A stretch of 64,000 nucleotides of DNA. Origin: an uncultured SAR92 cluster bacterium (lineage in GTDB: Bacteria > Pseudomonadota > Gammaproteobacteria > Pseudomonadales > Porticoccaceae). Location of the stretch: NCBI GenBank assembly GCA_902515855.1, contig CABXWC010000003.1, positions 4,289 to 68,288 on the forward strand, read 5' to 3'. Below the pieces are notes generated by a model. That model worked only from the letters and a program-made list of their open reading frames with translations, had not been told where the DNA came from and did no database searches. This document shows, one piece after another, positions 9,171 through 19,171 of the stretch. Every line of letters begins with the position of its first letter. Position 1 is the stretch's first letter. The translations under genes and the position numbers were made by a program.

Positions 9171-9407
9171 TTAAATTTTTTCACCGCGTTTTCTTAAATC
9201 TACTAGCACTTGATCAATACCCTTCTTATCGATGATCCGCATTCCTTTTGTGCTAACTCGTAACTTGACAAATTTTTTTTCTTCCTCTACCCAAAACCTG
9301 TGTGTGTGCAAGTTTGGCTCAAAGCGCCTTTTTGTCCTGTTCTTTGCATGAGAGACATTATTTCCCGCCATTGGTCTCTTTCCGGTTACTTGACACACCC
9401 TAGACAT
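9171..9407 (-). CDS. rpmB: 50S ribosomal protein L28
   Basis: 78 aa. [30 protein letters not shown] is the L28 signature. Confidence 0.95.
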   Translation of the reverse strand: MSRVCQVTGKRPMAGNNVSHAKNRTKRRFEPNLHTHRFWVEEEKKFVKLRVSTKGMRIIDKKGIDQVLVDLRKRGEKI

Positions 9408-9559
9408 CTTATGGTCACTCCTTACAGCATTTAAAAAGTTGAGACGCTTATTAGCGATAAAAAAAGAAGAGCTTTATACCAGATGCAATTCTTTATATCA
9501 ATTGCTTCGTCTGGGATTTTATAATTCGCCTACTAAGATGTAATATAAGTGAGTGGAAA

Positions 9560-10786
9560 ATGATAGAGACAAAAGAAATAATGAGAACAATCAGTGACAA
9601 AAAGATCATCTTAGGTGTAACCGGCGGAATCGCTGCATACAAAAGCGCTGAAATCATAAGATTATTGAAAACTGCAAGGGCTAAAGTCAGAGTAATTATG
9701 ACTCCCGGTGCAATGGAATTTATTCGTCCACTCACGCTGCAGGCATTATCCGGAAATCCAGTTCACCATCAATTACTCGACGAAAAAGCGGAACTGGGAA
9801 TGAGTCATATAGAGCTCGCAAAATGGGGAGACTTTATTATTGTTGCTCCGGCGAGTGCAGATTTTATAGCAAGTATGGCGTATGGCAAAGCTGACACTCT
9901 TCTCGGTGCAGTTTTACTCGCCACAAACGCGAAAGTGACCGTATGCCCAGCAATGAACACGTCTATGTGGTTGCACGAAGCCACAACATTCAATGTGAAA
10001 CAATTAACTGACAGAGGCGTAAAAATAATCGGGCCTGATATTGGAATTCAAGCATGTGGGGACAATGGGCCAGGTAGGATGAGTAGTCCAAGCGAAATTG
10101 TAAATGAGATTATAGAGTGTAATCAACCTCGTGAAATGGCGGGGAAAAAGGTAGTAATAACAGCTGGACCAACGCAAGAGTGGCTAGATCCTGTCAGGTA
10201 TATATCCAATCAAAGTTCGGGGAAAATGGGATATGCAATCGCGCAGGCAGCTGAAGAGGTAGGGGCTGAAGTTACACTCATATCTGGTCCAGTCAGCCTG
10301 ATAGCATCACCAAGAATAAATTTTCATTCGGTGACATCTGCCGAGGAGATGCTTGAGAAAGCGTGTATATGCTCAAAAGATGCCGATATATTTATAAGTA
10401 CTGCAGCTGTCGCGGATTATGCTCCGGTAAAAAAAATATCAGAGAAGATAAAATCTACGGAATCAGAGATAGTAGTCTCTCTCAAAAAGAATAAAGACAT
10501 TGCAAAGACGATTGCAAACACTTATCCAAACATTTTTACTGTTGGGTTTGCAGCAGAAACAGAGAATTTAAAAACATATGCAAAAGAAAAACTCAAAGCT
10601 AAAAATTTAAATGCGATTATCGCCAATGATGTCTCGCGAAACGATATTGGCTTTAATAGTGAGGATAATGAGGTGATCTGGATTGACAGAGATAATGAAA
10701 AATCTTTTCCTAAAATGAATAAAAACTTACTCGCGAAACAATTGATCACTTTGATTGCAGCAAAAGCAAAAAATATTGTTAATTAG
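9560..10786 (+). CDS. coaBC: Bifunctional phosphopantothenoylcysteine decarboxylase / synthetase
   Basis: 408 aa. N-terminal flavoprotein domain (ILGVTGGIAAYK, PAMN..MW) and C-terminal CoaB domain (ITAGPT.E.LDPVR.ISN.SSGKMG, AAVADY). The real start could be the in-frame ATG at 9581. Confidence 0.9.
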   Translation: MIETKEIMRTISDKKIILGVTGGIAAYKSAEIIRLLKTARAKVRVIMTPGAMEFIRPLTLQALSGNPVHHQLLDEKAELGMSHIELAKWGDFIIVAPASADFIASMAYGKADTLLGAVLLATNAKVTVCPAMNTSMWLHEATTFNVKQLTDRGVKIIGPDIGIQACGDNGPGRMSSPSEIVNEIIECNQPREMAGKKVVITAGPTQEWLDPVRYISNQSSGKMGYAIAQAAEEVGAEVTLISGPVSLIASPRINFHSVTSAEEMLEKACICSKDADIFISTAAVADYAPVKKISEKIKSTESEIVVSLKKNKDIAKTIANTYPNIFTVGFAAETENLKTYAKEKLKAKNLNAIIANDVSRNDIGFNSEDNEVIWIDRDNEKSFPKMNKNLLAKQLITLIAAKAKNIVN

Positions 10787-10907
10787 TTTTTAACTAACCG
10801 TGCGTTGCAACTCCTAAATTTTCATCGATAACGATAGATACTTAAACGCTTTATTTCATAACCATTTAAACATACACTGGGTTTGATTCATTTTCTTTGA
10901 GTTGAAT

Positions 10908-11495
10908 ATGCGCCTCAAAAAAGGAATGCGCCGACAGGAAATACTGCAAGCGTTAGCTCGAATGCTAGAAAGTCAGAAAGGCAGGATTACAACTGCCGCA
11001 TTATCTTCGGAACTCAAAATCTCTGAGGCTGCACTGTATCGACATTTCCCAAGCAAAGTAAAAATGTATGAAGGTCTACTAGATTTTGCCGAGGAGACAA
11101 TCTTTGCTCGAATTTCAAGTATTACCGCCGAAAACCAAAATGCGTTTGAGCAATGTAATCGGATCATAAGTTTAATCCTGAACTTTTGCGTAAAAAACCC
11201 TGGCATTACTCGATTACTTAATGGTGATGGGCTGGCTTATGAGGACTCAGTTCTCCTTGCAAGAATCAAAACCTTTTATGACAGACTCGAGTTACAATTC
11301 CAAAGCACTTTGTTTGAAGGCCAAAGTCAGTTCGAATTCGAGCTGCTTGACACCATAGAGTCAATAGCAAATCTGATGATAACAATAGTAGAAGGGAAAA
11401 TAAGTGCGTATGTTAGGAGTGATTTCAACAAAAACCCCCTACAAAGTCACTCTAACCAATGGAAAGTAATAGTTTCAGGTATTTCCCCAAAATAG
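10908..11495 (+). CDS. slmA: Nucleoid occlusion factor SlmA (TetR family)
   Basis: [15 protein letters not shown]...[30 protein letters not shown] aligns with E. coli SlmA. It sits next to pyrE, as in enterics. I chose ATG 10908; the ORF track uses TTG 10902. Confidence 0.8.
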   Translation: [195 protein letters not shown]

Positions 11496-11497
11496 GT

Positions 11498-12157
11498 TCA
11501 TATAACACCAAATTTATCTCGATAAGCCGAAATATCATTTAATGTTTTTAAGGGCATTTTCTCGTTAGAAACGAATCGAATGATATCATCAATATCGATG
11601 ATACTTAAAACTGGTATTGAGTAATCCCTTTCGATCTCTTGAGTTGCTGACATCTCACTGGCCCCTCTCTCTTTCCTATCTAATCCCACTATGATCGCTT
11701 TAACTTTTCCACCTGACTTTGTAATTATATCCAGCGACTCCTTAACGGCAGTGCCCGCTGTTATCACATCATCAATAATGATTACTTCACCACTAATCGG
11801 AGCACCAACTATAAATCCAGCCTCACCGTGTTGTTTTTCTTCTTTACGATTAAAGCAGTAAGGAGCATCTATTTTATAATTATCAAAGAGCGCAACTGCC
11901 ATACTAGAAACCAGAGGGATCCCCTTGTATGCTGGGCCAAACAGCATATCAAACCTCAAATCTGATCGCTTAAGAGCCGCAGCATAACAAAATCCTAGTT
12001 TCTTGAGGACTTTACCAGAGTGAAACTCACCCGCATTAAAAAAATACGGCGACTCTCTCCCAGATTTTAATTTAAATGAACCAAACTTTAGAGCACCTGA
12101 GTCAAGAGCAATATCTATAAACATTTGTTTGTAGTCAATTAAATACTTAGATCGCAT
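11498..12157 (-). CDS. pyrE: Orotate phosphoribosyltransferase
   Basis: 219 aa. FGSFKLKSGRESPYFFN, GPAYKGIP and the PRPP loop VIIIDDVITAGTA. Confidence 0.95.
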   Translation of the reverse strand: MRSKYLIDYKQMFIDIALDSGALKFGSFKLKSGRESPYFFNAGEFHSGKVLKKLGFCYAAALKRSDLRFDMLFGPAYKGIPLVSSMAVALFDNYKIDAPYCFNRKEEKQHGEAGFIVGAPISGEVIIIDDVITAGTAVKESLDIITKSGGKVKAIIVGLDRKERGASEMSATQEIERDYSIPVLSIIDIDDIIRFVSNEKMPLKTLNDISAYRDKFGVI

Positions 12158-12165
12158 ATAAATCT

Positions 12166-12873
12166 TTATTTTCCAATTTGATATGACATTAAACTTTTAA
12201 TTCCGGATCCTGCCAATTCGAGCATCTTGTTTAATTCATCCATGCTAAATGCGCTGTTTTCTGCTGTTCCTTGTACCTCGATAAATTTTCCATTTTCATC
12301 CATGACTATATTCATATCTGTCTCAGCATTTGAATCCTCTACATAATCTAAATCTAAAACTGGCACTCCATTCACAATACCAACTGATACAGCTGCGATC
12401 TGATATATAATCGGATTTTCTGATATTGCTCCCTCCGTTAATAAACTCATAATTGCATCATTCAAAGCAACCCAAGCACCTGAAATCGAAGCTGTTCTTG
12501 TACCACCATCTGCTTGAATAACATCACAATCAATATGCACGGTTCGTTCACCAAGCCGAGATAAGTCTACTGCCGCTCTCAAAGAACGGCCTATTAAGCG
12601 CTGTATTTCTTGTGTTCTTCCTTTTTGCTTTCCTCTGACAGCTTCTCGATCCATCCTTTGCTGAGTAGATCGAGGGATCATTCCATATTCAGCAGTAATC
12701 CATCCTCTATTTTTCCCACGCATGAATCTTGGAACAGAATTTTCAATGCTCGCGGTACACAACACTTTTGTTTTCCCAACTTCTATTAATACCGAACCCT
12801 CTGCTGCCTCAAGAAAATTTCGAGTTAGTTTTATTGAACGCAAATCTTCCGATGCTCTACCGTCGTGTCTCAA
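12166..12873 (-). CDS. rph: Ribonuclease PH
   Basis: 235 aa. [41 protein letters not shown] and [16 protein letters not shown]. Confidence 0.95.
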   Translation of the reverse strand: MRHDGRASEDLRSIKLTRNFLEAAEGSVLIEVGKTKVLCTASIENSVPRFMRGKNRGWITAEYGMIPRSTQQRMDREAVRGKQKGRTQEIQRLIGRSLRAAVDLSRLGERTVHIDCDVIQADGGTRTASISGAWVALNDAIMSLLTEGAISENPIIYQIAAVSVGIVNGVPVLDLDYVEDSNAETDMNIVMDENGKFIEVQGTAENSAFSMDELNKMLELAGSGIKSLMSYQIGK

Positions 12874-12961
12874 ATTTAAGTACCTAAAAAAAGAAACATA
12901 AGTGTATCACCCCTTTAGATAGCTTTGATAAAATATTAGAAATCTAATAGAGGATTAAATA

Positions 12962-13825
12962 ATGCCTAAAAGTATGACTGCCTTTAGTCGGACTGATATA
13001 AGTGGTGAATTTGGGTCATTGGTTGTCGAATTAAAATCTGTAAATCACAGATTTATAGAAATCAACTTTAAAATCCCCGATGCTTTAAAACAACTTGAAG
13101 TAGAGTTACGAAACTTTATAAAACAAGAGTTAACTAGAGGAAAGATTGAATGCATAATTACAATCCATGAGAGCGAGAATTTAGCTGACGTAGCCTTAAA
13201 TGAGACTCAAATTAGAAAATACCTTGAATCAATACATCAGTTAAAAAACGAAATTAAAGATTCAGCACCTATCTCAATTACAGATTTTCTCAAACTACCA
13301 GGAGTACTCATAGAAAAACATCCAAAGTTGAACAACTTAAGGGAATTGATTTTAAAAGGATTCAGAGATGCAATCAGCAAACTAATAGATTACCGAGATA
13401 TAGAAGGCAAAAAACTTAAGAAAGACATTTTGATCAAAATAAATACAATCGAAACTCAAATTGCTTCTTTAGAAAAAGAACTTCCAAAACTTCTTGAGTT
13501 AAACCGCAAACGACTTAAGAAAAGGGCAGATGAACTCGCTATTCAAATCGACCGAGACAGACTGGATCAAGAAATGGTAATACTTGCGAACAGATCAGAT
13601 ATTGATGAGGAGCTTGTTCGTATGAGGTCGCATACGACCGAAGTCAAAAGATTATTGGGCACAGACAAATCGATAGGCAGAAAGCTGGATTTTCTAATGC
13701 AAGAAATGAACAGAGAAGCCAATACACTTGGCTCAAAGTCACTTTCGGATCTTACGAGTGGGGCCGCGATCGAACTGAAGGTTTTGATAGAGCAAATCAG
13801 AGAACAAGTCCAAAATATCGAATAA
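12962..13825 (+). CDS. yicC: YicC-family stress-induced protein (endoribonuclease)
   Basis: 287 aa. SMTAFSR, LKSVNHRF and C-terminal DIDEELVR..SH, QEMNREANTLGSKS, REQVQNIE. It is divergent from rph, as in E. coli. Confidence 0.85.
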   Translation: MPKSMTAFSRTDISGEFGSLVVELKSVNHRFIEINFKIPDALKQLEVELRNFIKQELTRGKIECIITIHESENLADVALNETQIRKYLESIHQLKNEIKDSAPISITDFLKLPGVLIEKHPKLNNLRELILKGFRDAISKLIDYRDIEGKKLKKDILIKINTIETQIASLEKELPKLLELNRKRLKKRADELAIQIDRDRLDQEMVILANRSDIDEELVRMRSHTTEVKRLLGTDKSIGRKLDFLMQEMNREANTLGSKSLSDLTSGAAIELKVLIEQIREQVQNIE

Positions 13826-13833
13826 TAACTAGC

Positions 13834-14070
13834 TTAATTATTCCTATGAATCTGGTCTATATACCCATGATCAGACATGCATTCACCAAATGAAATTAAA
13901 TTATCGTCGCTAAGTATAATCTCATCAACTGAAGGTAACCGGGAGGCTACAGAAGCACAGAATTTTGAAAGCTCTGCAGCCTCCTCTCCAGGTGTCAAAG
14001 ACCCACGAACACAACCTACAGAAGTTGATAAAATTAACAGTAGGAGCACACATATATAATTTAATTTCAT
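13834..14070 (-). CDS. Small hypothetical lipoprotein
   Basis: 78 aa with a hydrophobic signal ending in a lipobox-like STSVGC, plus three further Cys. I recognise no family. Confidence 0.45.
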   Translation of the reverse strand: MKLNYICVLLLLILSTSVGCVRGSLTPGEEAAELSKFCASVASRLPSVDEIILSDDNLISFGECMSDHGYIDQIHRNN

Positions 14071-14083
14071 AGTTTATGCTAAT

Positions 14084-14563
14084 TTAGGATTTATTAAGAA
14101 AATCTCTTACGAAATAAGTTCCTCTTGCTTCTGCTATTTTGTCTTCGTTTTCGTTTCTTAAAATAACTGTAGTCTCAAACTTATGTTTGCCATTTAATAA
14201 AAGATCTTGTTTCATAATCCGTACCTCATCATCACCAAAGGATAATTCTGCATAAATTCCTCCCTTCGCAGGATTAATGAACTTTATATCAAGACTACCA
14301 ACAACTGGTTGAAAATCATCATTACAGTTGTGCATAACTACCAAAGCGCCTACATATTCCGCTGTCATCCAAATAGGTCCTGCATGCATAATACCAACAT
14401 GATTTTTATTGTTTTCCCCCAGTGGAGTGAAACACTTATAGTAATTGTTACCTACACTAACGGTCTCTATACCAATAAATCTATATATTGGACAGAGTTC
14501 TCTTGCTAACTTGGTATACTGAAACGCTAAATTCTTTTGATCGGCCATCTTATTTGAGCTCAA
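14084..14563 (-). CDS. Hotdog-fold thioesterase-like protein (PaaI / YiiD C-terminal-like)
   Basis: 159 aa. The pattern N.HVGIMHAGPIW..AEY.G followed by beta-rich sequence is typical of PaaI/DUF4442 hotdog proteins. This assignment is by pattern only. Confidence 0.55.
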   Translation of the reverse strand: MSSNKMADQKNLAFQYTKLARELCPIYRFIGIETVSVGNNYYKCFTPLGENNKNHVGIMHAGPIWMTAEYVGALVVMHNCNDDFQPVVGSLDIKFINPAKGGIYAELSFGDDEVRIMKQDLLLNGKHKFETTVILRNENEDKIAEARGTYFVRDFLNKS

Positions 14564-14676
14564 ATTACTTACTTTAAGTTTAACACTCCTGGCTATTTTA
14601 AACTGATTAAATTTTGTAGATACTATCTTTTGACTAATGGTAAAGTAATTAAAAGTTTATCGATCGAAGAATAAAA

Positions 14677-15285
14677 ATGGCATTTGGAAACTTATTTATC
14701 ATTTCTGCACCATCTGGAGCTGGGAAAACGAGTCTTGTTCGGCACTGTGTTGACGCGCGTTCGGACATAGAAGTGTCAATTTCGTATACGACTCGTACTC
14801 CAAGATCAAAAGAACAACATGGAAAAGATTATTTTTTTGTCTCCGAAAAAGAGTTCGATCAAATGGTTCTGAATAATAGTTTTATTGAGTATGCAAGTAT
14901 TTATGGATATCGCTATGGAACCTCGATTCAACTGGTAAAAAAATCGATCGATAACGGGGTAAATGTTATTCTCGAGATTGATTGGCAGGGTGCAAGTCAA
15001 GTCCGTAACAAATTTCCAAACAACACAAGCATATTTATACTGCCACCATCAATTAAAGCACTAGAGGAGCGTCTAAGAAAAAGAGGACAAGACGACGATA
15101 GTACAATTTGTGGACGCCTTTCAGCGGCTAAAAACGAGATTAAACATTGCAAGGAGTTCGATTATTTTATTGTTAATGAAGACTTCGACATCTCAGTTCG
15201 CGAACTCTTAAGAATCATCGATGTTGACAAAAGTCGAGTGGCCAACACAAAGATTAATTCGATATTAGACAAGTTACTTATCTAA
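14677..15285 (+). CDS. gmk: Guanylate kinase
   Basis: 202 aa. P-loop SAPSGAGKTSL, then SISYTTRTPR..E..G.DYFF and RLRKRGQD. Confidence 0.95.
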   Translation: MAFGNLFIISAPSGAGKTSLVRHCVDARSDIEVSISYTTRTPRSKEQHGKDYFFVSEKEFDQMVLNNSFIEYASIYGYRYGTSIQLVKKSIDNGVNVILEIDWQGASQVRNKFPNNTSIFILPPSIKALEERLRKRGQDDDSTICGRLSAAKNEIKHCKEFDYFIVNEDFDISVRELLRIIDVDKSRVANTKINSILDKLLI

Positions 15286-15387
15286 TGGTGTCAAATCTCA
15301 AGAAATGATTTAAGTTTTTGTAAACTTGATTTGTTGAATAAGACTAATTTAGTTAAACTAGCGCTTAGTAAAGGAGAGGTGAAAATA

Positions 15388-15675
15388 ATGGCTAGAATTA
15401 CCGTTGAAGAATGTTTAGAAAATGTAGAAAATCGATTTGAGTTGGTGATGGTTGGGTCAAAACGAGCAAGGCAAATAGCAGTTGAGGGACGCCCAGCTTT
15501 GATTGATGAGGAAAATGACAAACCAACTGTCATAGCGTTAAGAGAGATTGAAGAAGGTTTAGTTACTGCGGATATACTCACAGAGATACCCAAAGACTTT
15601 GACATTCTCGACGAAGACATGGTGGAGCCGGCCGGCGATGACTCTCAACCAGAAGTTGAAACTACCTCCGAATAA
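15388..15675 (+). CDS. rpoZ: DNA-directed RNA polymerase subunit omega
   Basis: [30 protein letters not shown] is the canonical RpoZ N-terminus. ATG 15388 is preceded by AAGGAGAG (15371-15378). The track ORF start at 15331 is an upstream extension. Confidence 0.9.
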   Translation: MARITVEECLENVENRFELVMVGSKRARQIAVEGRPALIDEENDKPTVIALREIEEGLVTADILTEIPKDFDILDEDMVEPAGDDSQPEVETTSE

Positions 15676-15706
15676 AGTAAGTAACAAAATTTGAGAGGTT
15701 CAACTT

Positions 15707-17827
15707 TTGTTAAATGGACTCACAGATAAGCTAACTGGTTATCTCCCCGAAGCTGAAATCACGAATATAGAAAAAGCTTATCTGTACTCTGAAGAGTGTC
15801 ATTTAGGCCAACTCCGACATAGCGGAGATCCTTACATAACTCATCCACTTGCTGTTGCGAATATCTTGGCCGATATGCGCATGGATCATGAGAGCCTTAT
15901 AGCGGCCCTCTTACACGACGTTATTGAAGATACTGGGGTCACAAAAAACCAAATAAGCAGACGGTTTGGCAGAACAGTTGCCTCGCTTGTGGATGGTGTA
16001 AGTAAATTAAGTGAGATCGAGACAGCTTCAAGAGCAGAGCAGCAAGCAGATAGCTTCCAAAAAATGACATTGGCAATGTCTAAAGATATTAGAGTCGTTT
16101 TGGTGAAATTAGCCGACCGTCTCCATAACATGAGAACTCTAGGCGTATTACCTCCAGACAAAAGACGACGTATTGCTAAAGAAACGATTGATATCTATGC
16201 GCCAATTGCTCAAAGACTAGGTATTAACGACGTGAGACTCGAGTTTGAAAATTTAGGTTTTGCCGCGATGTACCCCCTACGATATAGACGTCTCAGAGAA
16301 GCGCTCAAGGCTTCCAGAAAAAATAAAAGGGAAATCATTACAGAAATTCATGAGTCAATGGAAATCCGTCTTGCGAAAGAAAAGGTCACTGCCACAGTAA
16401 AGAGCCGGGAAAAGCATTTATGGAGTATTTATAAGAAGATGCGGAAAAAAAAGAAACATTTTCATGACATTATGGATGTGTTTGCCTTCCGATTAATCGT
16501 GGACAATGTGGACGATTGTTATCGAGCTCTTGGCATTGTTCACAATATTTATAAACCAGTTCCTGGGGAGTTCAAGGACTATATCGCTATACCGAAAGCA
16601 AATGGATATCAATCATTACACACCGTATTAGTTGGCATGCACGGAGTAGCCATTGAAGTCCAAATTAGAACAAATGAAATGGATAAAATGGCAAACTTCG
16701 GTATTGCTGCACATTGGGAATATAAAACAGGAAGAGACAATATAGAAGTCAGTCAAAGAAAAGCTGCGAGGTGGGTGCAAGATTTGCTAGAAATGCAAAG
16801 GCAAGCTGGTAATTCCCTTGAATTTTTGGAGCACGTCAAGTCAGACTTATTTCCAGACGAAGTATATGTTTTTACTCCTCAAGGAAAGATCATTGAGCTC
16901 CCAAGTGGTGCGACTCCAATTGATTTTGCATACTCTTTACATACGGATCTAGGCGACAGTTGCATAGCATGCCATATCGATGGTGAATTAACACCTTTGT
17001 CAGAGCCTCTAGAGAGTGGGCAAAAGGTCGAAATTATAAATACTCCCGGAGCACAACCAAATCCAAACTGGTTAAACTTCGTTGTTACCGCCAAAGCTAG
17101 GAGCGCTATAAGGCATTTTTTAAAAAATCAACACCATGACGAATCGGTTGATCTTGGCAAACGCCTTTTAGATCAAGCTTTAAAAAATATTGGCACAAGT
17201 TATAAAGAACTAAAAAAATCTCAAATTAAAAAACTATTAAAAGAAACTAAGTCATCTACGTTTGAATTTGTTTTGCAGCAGATTGGACTGGGAAATCGAG
17301 TTCCTTTTGCAGTTGCGAATATTTTGATTCCTCCTGATAAACGAACCAATATTGATCGCAAAAAAAATTACGAATCACCGGTTGTTATTGATTCATCTGA
17401 AGGATTGATTGTCCAATACGGAAAGTGCTGTCGCCCAATACTGGGAGATCCTATTCTTGGCCATTTAACTCCAGGCAAAGGATTAGTGATACACCGAGAA
17501 GCTTGCAGAAATCTTAAAGAAATAAGAATGAATCCAGAAAAATGCATGCCACTGGTTTGGTCATCGGTAGTGAAAGGTGAATTTGCAGTCGAGCTAAAAG
17601 TAGAACTACGACCAGAGCGCGGCTTTATCGCGGCGCTTGCAGCTAGAATCACTGAAAGTGATGCTACGATCGATCAAATTAATGTAACAGAAAAAGATGC
17701 ATACACCAGCATTATTAATATTGTGCTTACGGTAAAAGATCGAGCGCACTTGGCAAAAATAATGAGACGGACAAGAAGTTTGAAGCCTGTTCATCGAGTG
17801 CACAGAGTAAAAAATACACTAGACTAA
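15707..17827 (+). CDS. spoT: Bifunctional (p)ppGpp synthetase/hydrolase (SpoT-type RSH)
   Basis: 706 aa. HD hydrolase motif (HPLAVA, LLHDVIEDT), synthetase domain (YKPVPGEFKDYIA.PK.NGYQSLHT), TGS (VFTP.G.IIELP.GATPIDFAY) and a C-terminal ACT-like domain. TTG start at 15707 with GAGAGG upstream. It follows rpoZ, as in gamma-proteobacteria. Confidence 0.9.
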   Translation: MLNGLTDKLTGYLPEAEITNIEKAYLYSEECHLGQLRHSGDPYITHPLAVANILADMRMDHESLIAALLHDVIEDTGVTKNQISRRFGRTVASLVDGVSKLSEIETASRAEQQADSFQKMTLAMSKDIRVVLVKLADRLHNMRTLGVLPPDKRRRIAKETIDIYAPIAQRLGINDVRLEFENLGFAAMYPLRYRRLREALKASRKNKREIITEIHESMEIRLAKEKVTATVKSREKHLWSIYKKMRKKKKHFHDIMDVFAFRLIVDNVDDCYRALGIVHNIYKPVPGEFKDYIAIPKANGYQSLHTVLVGMHGVAIEVQIRTNEMDKMANFGIAAHWEYKTGRDNIEVSQRKAARWVQDLLEMQRQAGNSLEFLEHVKSDLFPDEVYVFTPQGKIIELPSGATPIDFAYSLHTDLGDSCIACHIDGELTPLSEPLESGQKVEIINTPGAQPNPNWLNFVVTAKARSAIRHFLKNQHHDESVDLGKRLLDQALKNIGTSYKELKKSQIKKLLKETKSSTFEFVLQQIGLGNRVPFAVANILIPPDKRTNIDRKKNYESPVVIDSSEGLIVQYGKCCRPILGDPILGHLTPGKGLVIHREACRNLKEIRMNPEKCMPLVWSSVVKGEFAVELKVELRPERGFIAALAARITESDATIDQINVTEKDAYTSIINIVLTVKDRAHLAKIMRRTRSLKPVHRVHRVKNTLD

Positions 17828-17847
17828 GCTTTAGTTCAGGAAATAGT

Positions 17848-18231
17848 ATGTCGACGAGAGAAGTGATTAACACAGCCAAAGCGCCCACTGCAATTGGGCC
17901 ATACTCACAAGCTTTTAAAGTTGATAAAACTATATATTTGTCTGGCCAGATACCCTTAGTGCCCGAAACAATGGCGCTTGCTGGCATAGATATAGTGACA
18001 CAGACACTCCAAGTTTTTGATAACCTTGCCGCAGTCTGCCAAGCTGCCGGCGGCTCTCTGGGAGATATTGTTAAACTCAATATCTATCTAACTGACTTAG
18101 GTCATTTCAATGAAGTCAATGAGGTAATGAAAGAAAAGATGTCGAAACCCTATCCCGCCAGAGCAGCAATTGGTGTAAATCAGTTGCCCAGAGACTCCTT
18201 AGTAGAGATGGATGCTATAATGGTTATTTAG
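17848..18231 (+). CDS. ridA: RidA/YjgF-family reactive-intermediate deaminase
   Basis: 127 aa. APTAIGPYSQA, YLSGQIPL, NLAAV..AAGGSL.DIVK.N.YLTD and PARAAIGV..LP.D.LVE. Confidence 0.85.
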   Translation: MSTREVINTAKAPTAIGPYSQAFKVDKTIYLSGQIPLVPETMALAGIDIVTQTLQVFDNLAAVCQAAGGSLGDIVKLNIYLTDLGHFNEVNEVMKEKMSKPYPARAAIGVNQLPRDSLVEMDAIMVI

Positions 18232-18244
18232 ATCAGTTATACCC

Positions 18245-19084
18245 CTATGACTCTTGTTCCAATATCATGTCATACCCTTCTTTATAGGAAGGAAAATTAA
18301 GTTTGAAACCTGAGTTTAATAACCTTTTGTTGCTTAATTTGCATCCTATGTTGCCAATTTTCGCGTTTTTATTTAATTCAATGTTAAGTCGATTTGCCAG
18401 CCATGCCCTAAGCTCATATTGGGTTACTGGAAGTGAATCGGTTCCGATATATGTGTCATCTAACTCAAAACCCTCAAAATATTTATTTATTAGATGGATT
18501 AGAGCCCGAACGCAATCATCAATATGAATCCGATTAGTCCACCTCTCAGGAAACTGCTCACATCCATAACCTGCTCTCACACTGTCCAATAAACGAAGTC
18601 TCTCAGCTCCATAAATTCCAGAGAATCTAAGCACTATAGTCTTACCTGAGAATTTCTTTATCTTCTCTTCAGCTTCTATCAATGCACTCACATATGCATC
18701 AGCTTTAACAATCGGAGTTTTTTCATCATAATGACGTCCATATGAATATCGATAAACTCGCGTACTAGATACCCAAATGACCAGCTTTGGCTTGTTTGCC
18801 ATTGAATTTAAAGCTGCATTAATCGTCGTCGCTCCCTCTAAATAAGTTTTCTTATAATCACTCTCAGTAAAACCGTCTGGGGTAAGTGTTATAATGACGA
18901 CATCAAAACTCTCAGATAAAACAGAAATCATTAAATCTTTGTTAAGAACATCTGCTTCTATCGGTATTATTGGACTTTGAAGCGAGCTAGCATCTCTTCG
19001 TAAGCCAAAGCAACAATGAGTGTCTTCAAAATAACCAGCAACCCTCGCTCCAATATCTCCGCAACCAACTAATAAAATTTTCAA
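18245..19084 (-). CDS. NAD(P)-binding Rossmann-fold protein (atypical SDR / epimerase family)
   Basis: 279 aa. N-terminal MKILLVGCGDIG dinucleotide-binding motif and SSTRVY. The specific function is not recognisable. Confidence 0.55.
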   Translation of the reverse strand: MKILLVGCGDIGARVAGYFEDTHCCFGLRRDASSLQSPIIPIEADVLNKDLMISVLSESFDVVIITLTPDGFTESDYKKTYLEGATTINAALNSMANKPKLVIWVSSTRVYRYSYGRHYDEKTPIVKADAYVSALIEAEEKIKKFSGKTIVLRFSGIYGAERLRLLDSVRAGYGCEQFPERWTNRIHIDDCVRALIHLINKYFEGFELDDTYIGTDSLPVTQYELRAWLANRLNIELNKNAKIGNIGCKLSNKRLLNSGFKLNFPSYKEGYDMILEQES

Positions 19085-19171
19085 AGCAAAACCTTTTATT
19101 TTTAATAGCTTGAGATCATAACAAAGAAAAAACGTTGTGTTTAGAATTCTAGTTTTTTAGATTCTGTTATC

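Noticed and set aside
9493-9735. 80-aa hydrophobic minus-strand ORF
   Set aside because: It overlaps the coaBC 5' end in antisense, and its hydrophobicity reflects the AT-rich antisense composition.
15291-15620. 109-aa minus-strand ORF, and the 15331 start of the + ORF
   Set aside because: The minus ORF is antisense to rpoZ. The + ORF's first 19 codons precede a strong AAGGAGAG-ATG (15388) that yields the canonical MARITVEEC RpoZ N-terminus.
17727-18080. 117-aa minus-strand ORF spanning the spoT/ridA junction
   Set aside because: It is antisense to two well-supported genes and has no motifs.
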